A stretch of 21,074 bases of DNA from Promethearchaeota archaeon (lineage in GTDB: Archaea > Asgardarchaeota > Odinarchaeia > Odinarchaeales > JBHLKK01), in the NCBI GenBank assembly GCA_048939465.1, contig JBHLPL010000025.1, forward strand, positions 1 to 21,074, given 5' to 3'. The position numbers and the translations under genes were made by a program. Shown in pieces: positions 17,096-21,074 of this stretch. The notes under the pieces are model-generated. The model was given only the letters and a program-made list of their open reading frames with translations, was not told the DNA's origin and did not search any database. Positions within the stretch are counted from its first letter, which is position 1; each line of letters starts with the position of its first letter.

Positions 17096-18133
17096 TTAGC
17101 TTGCCGAAGCTATTTCTGACTCTTTTGAGGACCCGGCAGGGATGGGAAGCTCCTTCGAAAGAACGTAGCCATGATACGGAGTTCCGGTGATTATATTGAG
17201 CGATTTAAGTCGATTCTTAAGCCTTATGAATTCTTCCGGAGTGATGGATCTGCCGTAATGTTTCTTGAAGAATGGATCCAAGCAATTCTCCACCAAATGG
17301 AACTCGTCCACGGGATTGACTTGCGTTTCCAAGAATCGAACAACAGCTTGTGTCATTTCCTCTATATCTATTACTGGTCTTATCTTTCCAGTTTCAAGAA
17401 TAACCTGAATTGCGATCTTCCATAGCGCATCCGCCAGTCTCTTCCCCTCTTCATTAAGCACCAAGCTGGACAAAAACCTCTTGTTTCCAATGAAATCCTT
17501 TTCCTTTAGTTTTCGTAAACACTTGTAGATCGTACGCTGGTGGGCTGAAACAAGTTTCGACAGATCGGATACCCTGATTTCTCCCGTGTTCCATATTATA
17601 TTGAATACTTCTTTCTCCTTGGGCGATGCATCTTCAGGCGGGATATTCTTTTTGGTTCTGATGTAGACTCTCACTGATTTCCTCTTCACAAAAGCCCCGA
17701 CCCGTACGATCACCCTGGAGAGTACCGATTCGGGAACTACCTGACTCAATTCTTCTCTTGATTTTTCGCCATTCATTAGCGCAAGCAGCAGGAATTCCTC
17801 GTAACATCTGCTATACCGTGGCAGTCTGTCAAACCACCATTTGTTTCGAATCTCCCTATTGACCTTCCTGCCCAGCTCCGTTATCTCAAAACCACCGTCT
17901 TTCTCTCGTATCAATCCTGATTTCTGAAGAGGCTTCAAATACCAATCGTGTATTGTGCCTTGACTGTGAATAAACTTACCTCCATTGAGTTTGCCTTGAA
18001 TGTAAGGGAGGGGAGCCGAGGGGGTTCTATTAAGCTCTTCCAAAATCAGCCTTCTTCTACTATTCTTAATAGAAGCAAAAACCTCTCTTATCATTGATTT
18101 GAAAGGAGGTTTTAATATAGTCTGAAGATCCAA
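17096..18133 (-). CDS. Multi-winged-helix DNA-binding protein, about 345 aa
   Basis: TTG 18133 is preceded by GAGGGGG; the track's longer start would overlap the divergent gene. wHTH-like segments end in LQKSGLIREKDGGFEITELG, LRKLKEKDFI...LNEEGKRL and LKSLNIITGTPYHGY. Confidence 0.75.
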   Translation of the reverse strand: MDLQTILKPPFKSMIREVFASIKNSRRRLILEELNRTPSAPLPYIQGKLNGGKFIHSQGTIHDWYLKPLQKSGLIREKDGGFEITELGRKVNREIRNKWWFDRLPRYSRCYEEFLLLALMNGEKSREELSQVVPESVLSRVIVRVGAFVKRKSVRVYIRTKKNIPPEDASPKEKEVFNIIWNTGEIRVSDLSKLVSAHQRTIYKCLRKLKEKDFIGNKRFLSSLVLNEEGKRLADALWKIAIQVILETGKIRPVIDIEEMTQAVVRFLETQVNPVDEFHLVENCLDPFFKKHYGRSITPEEFIRLKNRLKSLNIITGTPYHGYVLSKELPIPAGSSKESEIASAS

Positions 18134-18151
18134 ATGAACCCCCTCAACATG

Positions 18152-18217
18152 GTTTATAAAATAAACAGTATTTAAACATTTCGTTAAGAAAGTAAACCAA
18201 TATAAGGCACCCTTATA
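18152..18217. promoter_or_regulatory. Two palindromes in the divergent promoter region: GTTTAT-AAA-ATAAAC (18152-18166) and TATAAGG-CAC-CCTTATA (18201-18217)
   Basis: Both are perfect inverted repeats with 3-nt spacers, within a 118-nt intergenic gap between two regulators. Confidence 0.5.
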
Positions 18218-18251
18218 ATAAGAATAATGCAAAAAAGAATTGGTGAAACGA

Positions 18252-18821
18252 ATGGATGAAATTGATCGAAAGATAATTTCTCTGCTGAAAGAGAACGGTC
18301 GAATGACATTTAAAGACTTAGGAATAGCTATTGGATTCACGTCAGCAGGTGCAAAAAAACGGGTAGAGTCTCTGCTGAAAACAGGTCTTATTCAAGTTTC
18401 TGCACTTCTCGATTTCGAGAAGCTGAACTTGAAAGCCGGGCTTATTCTGTTCGAAATTGAAAGCGAATCAAAAATCAGGGAGTTCCTGGAAAGATTCAGG
18501 AAATGCCCTCGAGTTGTTAGCACTTTGACTGTCATAGGAAAATACAACCTTATTGCATTATTGATTGCTGAAGATCAAAAGACATTTGAGAGCATATTAC
18601 TTGGAAAGTGTGCGTTAAGAGGGGAAGATGCTCGCACTCATATTGAAGTGTTTCCATTGGCCAGTCAAGAGTTACATTTACCGATTTCTCTGGAATTACG
18701 GCAGGAGGATGTCTCGCCGTGCGGCGTCAGATGTACAACTTGCGGGAGATACAGAGATCAATACTGTGTTGGTTGCCCTTCCACCGAATGCTATCGCGGA
18801 GAGTTATTTACGTCTAAGTGA
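18252..18821 (+). CDS. Lrp/AsnC-family regulator with C-terminal Cys-cluster extension
   Basis: N-terminal MDEIDRKIISLLKENGRMTFKDLG...KKRVESL HTH, RAM-like domain (VIGKYNLI) and tail PCGVRCTTCGRYRDQYCVGCPSTEC. GGTGA SD precedes ATG 18252. Confidence 0.92.
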   Translation: MDEIDRKIISLLKENGRMTFKDLGIAIGFTSAGAKKRVESLLKTGLIQVSALLDFEKLNLKAGLILFEIESESKIREFLERFRKCPRVVSTLTVIGKYNLIALLIAEDQKTFESILLGKCALRGEDARTHIEVFPLASQELHLPISLELRQEDVSPCGVRCTTCGRYRDQYCVGCPSTECYRGELFTSK

Positions 18822-19100
18822 ACTGCTCCTAGATTCCGTAAGGAGCCTTCCCCCTTTCCTTGCTTCAGGCGTCTGAGGCCGCCTCGGCTTCGCAAGGGGA
18901 GGTCTCTGTGTTCCGGATTCATCTGAACCGCCTTAAGGAGACTTCTTCCGAAAGGGCGAAGTAGTTTACAGCTACACGGCAATGTCTCTTTCGGCCTCCG
19001 GGCTGGTTCACTGTGTTGTTTGTGCTCCATACACTTACACAACCCTCTCGAGCAGGGTGTACCAACATGAACTTCACTCCAGACTGGGTCTTGCACTCAT
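18822..19100 (-). mobile_element. Structured non-coding element, candidate group II intron ribozyme fragment (domains I-III only)
   Basis: GC-richer intergenic block with many nested stems (see finding). There is no RT ORF and no domain V/VI in the window. The class assignment rests on recalled resemblance, not an alignment. Confidence 0.5.
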
Positions 19101-19263
19101 GCTTTAAGCAACCTTCATCTTACGAGTAACTCATACAGAGTTTAGTCATCAAAAGATCACTTAAGCGAATCATAATTCATCTCCACCTTCCTAGATGGAG
19201 TCCCCCTACAGAGAAAAGGATGGAAGTTCAGATTCCTGTTTCTGGGAATACACAGGCCTGTTT

Positions 19264-19382
19264 GAAAACATTTAAAATACCTACTGATCCATTAGCAATT
19301 ATGTGTTAACGGAATTCCTCTAAAAGAGCCTGTGGGGAGTTCCCTGGTTTGATCTCGTCCGAATTGATGCGGAGGTCGTCCT
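19264..19382 (+). promoter_or_regulatory. guaA promoter (GAAAACA-TTTAAAAT, 19264-19278) and about 80-nt structured leader with SD GGAGGT (19371-19376)
   Basis: BRE/TATA-like pair about 105 nt upstream of TTG 19383, followed by two hairpins in the leader. Confidence 0.45.
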
Positions 19383-20927
19383 TTGAAACATGATGCGATT
19401 CTTGTTCTCGACTTCGGCGGTCAATATTCTCATCTCATCGGGAGAAGGATAAGAGAGCACAAAGTCTATTCCGAAATTGTTCCATGTGACATTACGCCCG
19501 AGGAAATCAAGCGGATCAACAACAGACTGAACATAAAGGGGATAGTGCTGTCTGGTGGACCCTCCAGTGTCTACGAAAAGGACGCCCCGGTATTTGATTC
19601 GAGAATCATGGACTTGGATCTTCCCATTTTGGGTATATGCTACGGGCATCAGCTTATTGCCTACGTCTCCGGTGGAGAAATCAGGAGAGGAGAGAAGAAG
19701 GAGTATGGAGTCACACACGTCGCTGTTGAGAAGCCAATCGGCGTGCTAAAAGGACTCCAAAAAATGGAAAGAGTCTGGATGAGTCATGGAGACACCGTCT
19801 ATCGGGCTCCTGTGAATTATGAGGTTCTGGCATCCACGGAGAGCTGTCCAGTAGCTGCCTTCCGCCATAACCAGAAATCGATTTATGGTCTGCAATGGCA
19901 CCCTGAAGTTGTACACACTGACAATGGAATGAAGATGCTCCGGAATTTTATCTTTGATGTGTGCAAGTGCAAAGCTACGTGGACAATGAGGGATTTTATC
20001 AAAACTTCTTTGACACAGATAAAAGAAACCGTTGGTAAAGAGAAGGCCATCTTGGCTTTGAGCGGCGGTATTGATTCGAGCACAACCGCGGTTTTGGCTG
20101 CCAAGGCTTTGGGAAAGAATCTAACGGCTGTTTTCGTGAACCACGGGTTCATGCGGTTGGGAGAACCTGAATTCGTTGACAAGACATTTAGGAAATTTGG
20201 TCTTAACCTTATCACAGTGGATGCAAGAGAGCGATTCTTGCGAAGGTTGAAGGGTATTTCAGATCCTGAGGAAAAGAGAAAGATAATCGGAGAGGAATTC
20301 ATAAGAGTGTTTGAGTCTATAGCTTCAGAAGTTAAAGCACCTTATCTGTTTCAGGGTACAATCTATCCAGATAGAATTGAATCTGGCTTCAGAAAGCATT
20401 CAGACAAGATAAAATCTCATCACAACGTTGGGGGATTGCCCTTAGAAATCAACTTCAAGGAGATTGTTGAACCTCTTAAGGATCTTTACAAAGATGAGGT
20501 GAGAAAGATCGCTAAGAAGCTAGGCTTGCCTAAGGAAATTGCGATGAGACAACCTTTTCCTGGCCCAGGACTTGCTGTTAGAATTCTTGGTGAAGTAACT
20601 CAGGAGAAAGTGGATATCGTCAAGAAAGCGGACGCAATCGTTACTGAAGAGATAGAGAAACGGGGGTTGGAAGAGGGATTGTGGCAATACTTCGCCGTTT
20701 TGACGGAAGCCAGAAGCACAGGAGTAAAAGGCGACGCTCGGACGTATGGATACACTATTGCTGTTCGGGTTGTTGAGAGTAAGGAAGCTATGACAGCTAG
20801 ATTCTCAAGGATCCCTTTCGATGTTTTGGAATCTATTTCAACAAGAATTACAAATGAGATTCCGCAGACTACGAGGGTTGTTTACGATATAACTCACAAG
20901 CCTCCGGCAACGATCGAATGGGAATAG
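19383..20927 (+). CDS. guaA: GMP synthase (glutamine-hydrolysing), fused GATase and ATP-pyrophosphatase domains
   Basis: Motifs LDFGGQY, LSGGPSSV, LGICYGHQ, WMSHGD, QWHPEV, LSGGIDS, QGTIYPDRIES, IKSHHNVGG, RQPFPGPGL and KPPATIEWE. Confidence 0.99.
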   Translation: MKHDAILVLDFGGQYSHLIGRRIREHKVYSEIVPCDITPEEIKRINNRLNIKGIVLSGGPSSVYEKDAPVFDSRIMDLDLPILGICYGHQLIAYVSGGEIRRGEKKEYGVTHVAVEKPIGVLKGLQKMERVWMSHGDTVYRAPVNYEVLASTESCPVAAFRHNQKSIYGLQWHPEVVHTDNGMKMLRNFIFDVCKCKATWTMRDFIKTSLTQIKETVGKEKAILALSGGIDSSTTAVLAAKALGKNLTAVFVNHGFMRLGEPEFVDKTFRKFGLNLITVDARERFLRRLKGISDPEEKRKIIGEEFIRVFESIASEVKAPYLFQGTIYPDRIESGFRKHSDKIKSHHNVGGLPLEINFKEIVEPLKDLYKDEVRKIAKKLGLPKEIAMRQPFPGPGLAVRILGEVTQEKVDIVKKADAIVTEEIEKRGLEEGLWQYFAVLTEARSTGVKGDARTYGYTIAVRVVESKEAMTARFSRIPFDVLESISTRITNEIPQTTRVVYDITHKPPATIEWE

Positions 20928-20963
20928 GAGATTGTCTCTTAGAGTTTTCTATCCGTTTGCTAA

Positions 20964-21010
20964 ATGAGAGCCGAATTCCCCAGTTACGGGCTCATATTCT
21001 CTGTTTTTAT
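20964..21010 (+). terminator. Possible terminator: imperfect hairpin followed by a T-rich tract
   Basis: GAGCCG...CGGGCTC (20968-20993), then ATTCTCTGTTTTTATT, about 40 nt after the guaA stop. Confidence 0.3.
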
Positions 21011-21074
21011 TGAATGTGTTTTCCTTCTACGTTGACCAGTTTGGCCCCTCCTCCCCCCAACCCCCTCCTCCCCA

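Noticed and set aside
7770-18340. Long N-terminal extensions in the track (7770, 15553, 18340, 18240; also 5613 for pstA)
   Set aside because: Downstream starts have SD or TATA support and avoid implausible overlaps.
18819-18900. Selenocysteine readthrough of the Lrp TGA with a downstream hairpin as SECIS
   Set aside because: The Cys motif is complete before the TGA, and the readthrough sequence is not protein-like.
18791-19096. 101-aa minus-strand ORF
   Set aside because: It has no recognisable protein features and overlaps the Lrp 3' end. The region is better explained by nested RNA stems.
18822-19100. RNase P RNA, SRP RNA or group I intron identity for the structured element
   Set aside because: I found no GAGGAAAGUCC or terminal CR-V motif, no SRP helix-8 GCCAGG..GGAA..AGCA motif, and no group I R/S elements on either strand.
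924-20302. Remaining short overlapping ORFs in the track (for example 953..1582, 9726..9923, 13985..14308, 14505..14849, 19320..19718, 19883..20302)
   Set aside because: They are alternative-frame or antisense shadows of well-supported genes, with no motifs or start signals.
20964-20995. GAGCCG...TACGGGCTC hairpin as group II intron domain V
   Set aside because: It lacks the GNRA-capped upper stem and AC bulge, has no DVI, and is on the opposite strand and 1.9 kb from the putative DI-III.

Overview
Archaeal chromosomal segment. It has TATA/BRE-type promoters, GGAGG/GGTGA ribosome-binding sites, many TTG/GTG starts and N-glycosylation-sequon-rich secreted proteins; the gene types suggest a TACK/Asgard-like lineage such as Bathyarchaeia (inference). 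From left to right it holds: the 5' part of a divergent purD running off the left edge (absent from the ORF track); an MFS transporter; a complete phosphate uptake locus, with pstC-pstA-pstB-phoU plus an AbrB-PhoU regulator on the minus strand and pstS divergent; a nucleoside phosphorylase; two small hypothetical genes; a PadR operon with a perfect operator palindrome, an unlisted 57-aa Cys/His coiled-coil protein and the scar of a deleted ABC-2 exporter; a hydantoinase/oxoprolinase B-A pair; an 8-bladed PQQ-like beta-propeller; a PAP-like metallophosphoesterase; a divergent regulator pair (multi-winged-helix protein and Lrp/AsnC with a Cys-cluster tail); a ~280-nt highly structured non-coding element that looks like domains I-III of a group II intron; and fused guaA with a structured leader. 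No CRISPR array, tRNA, rRNA, transposase or RT gene was seen. All calls come from reading motifs by eye; no database search was run.
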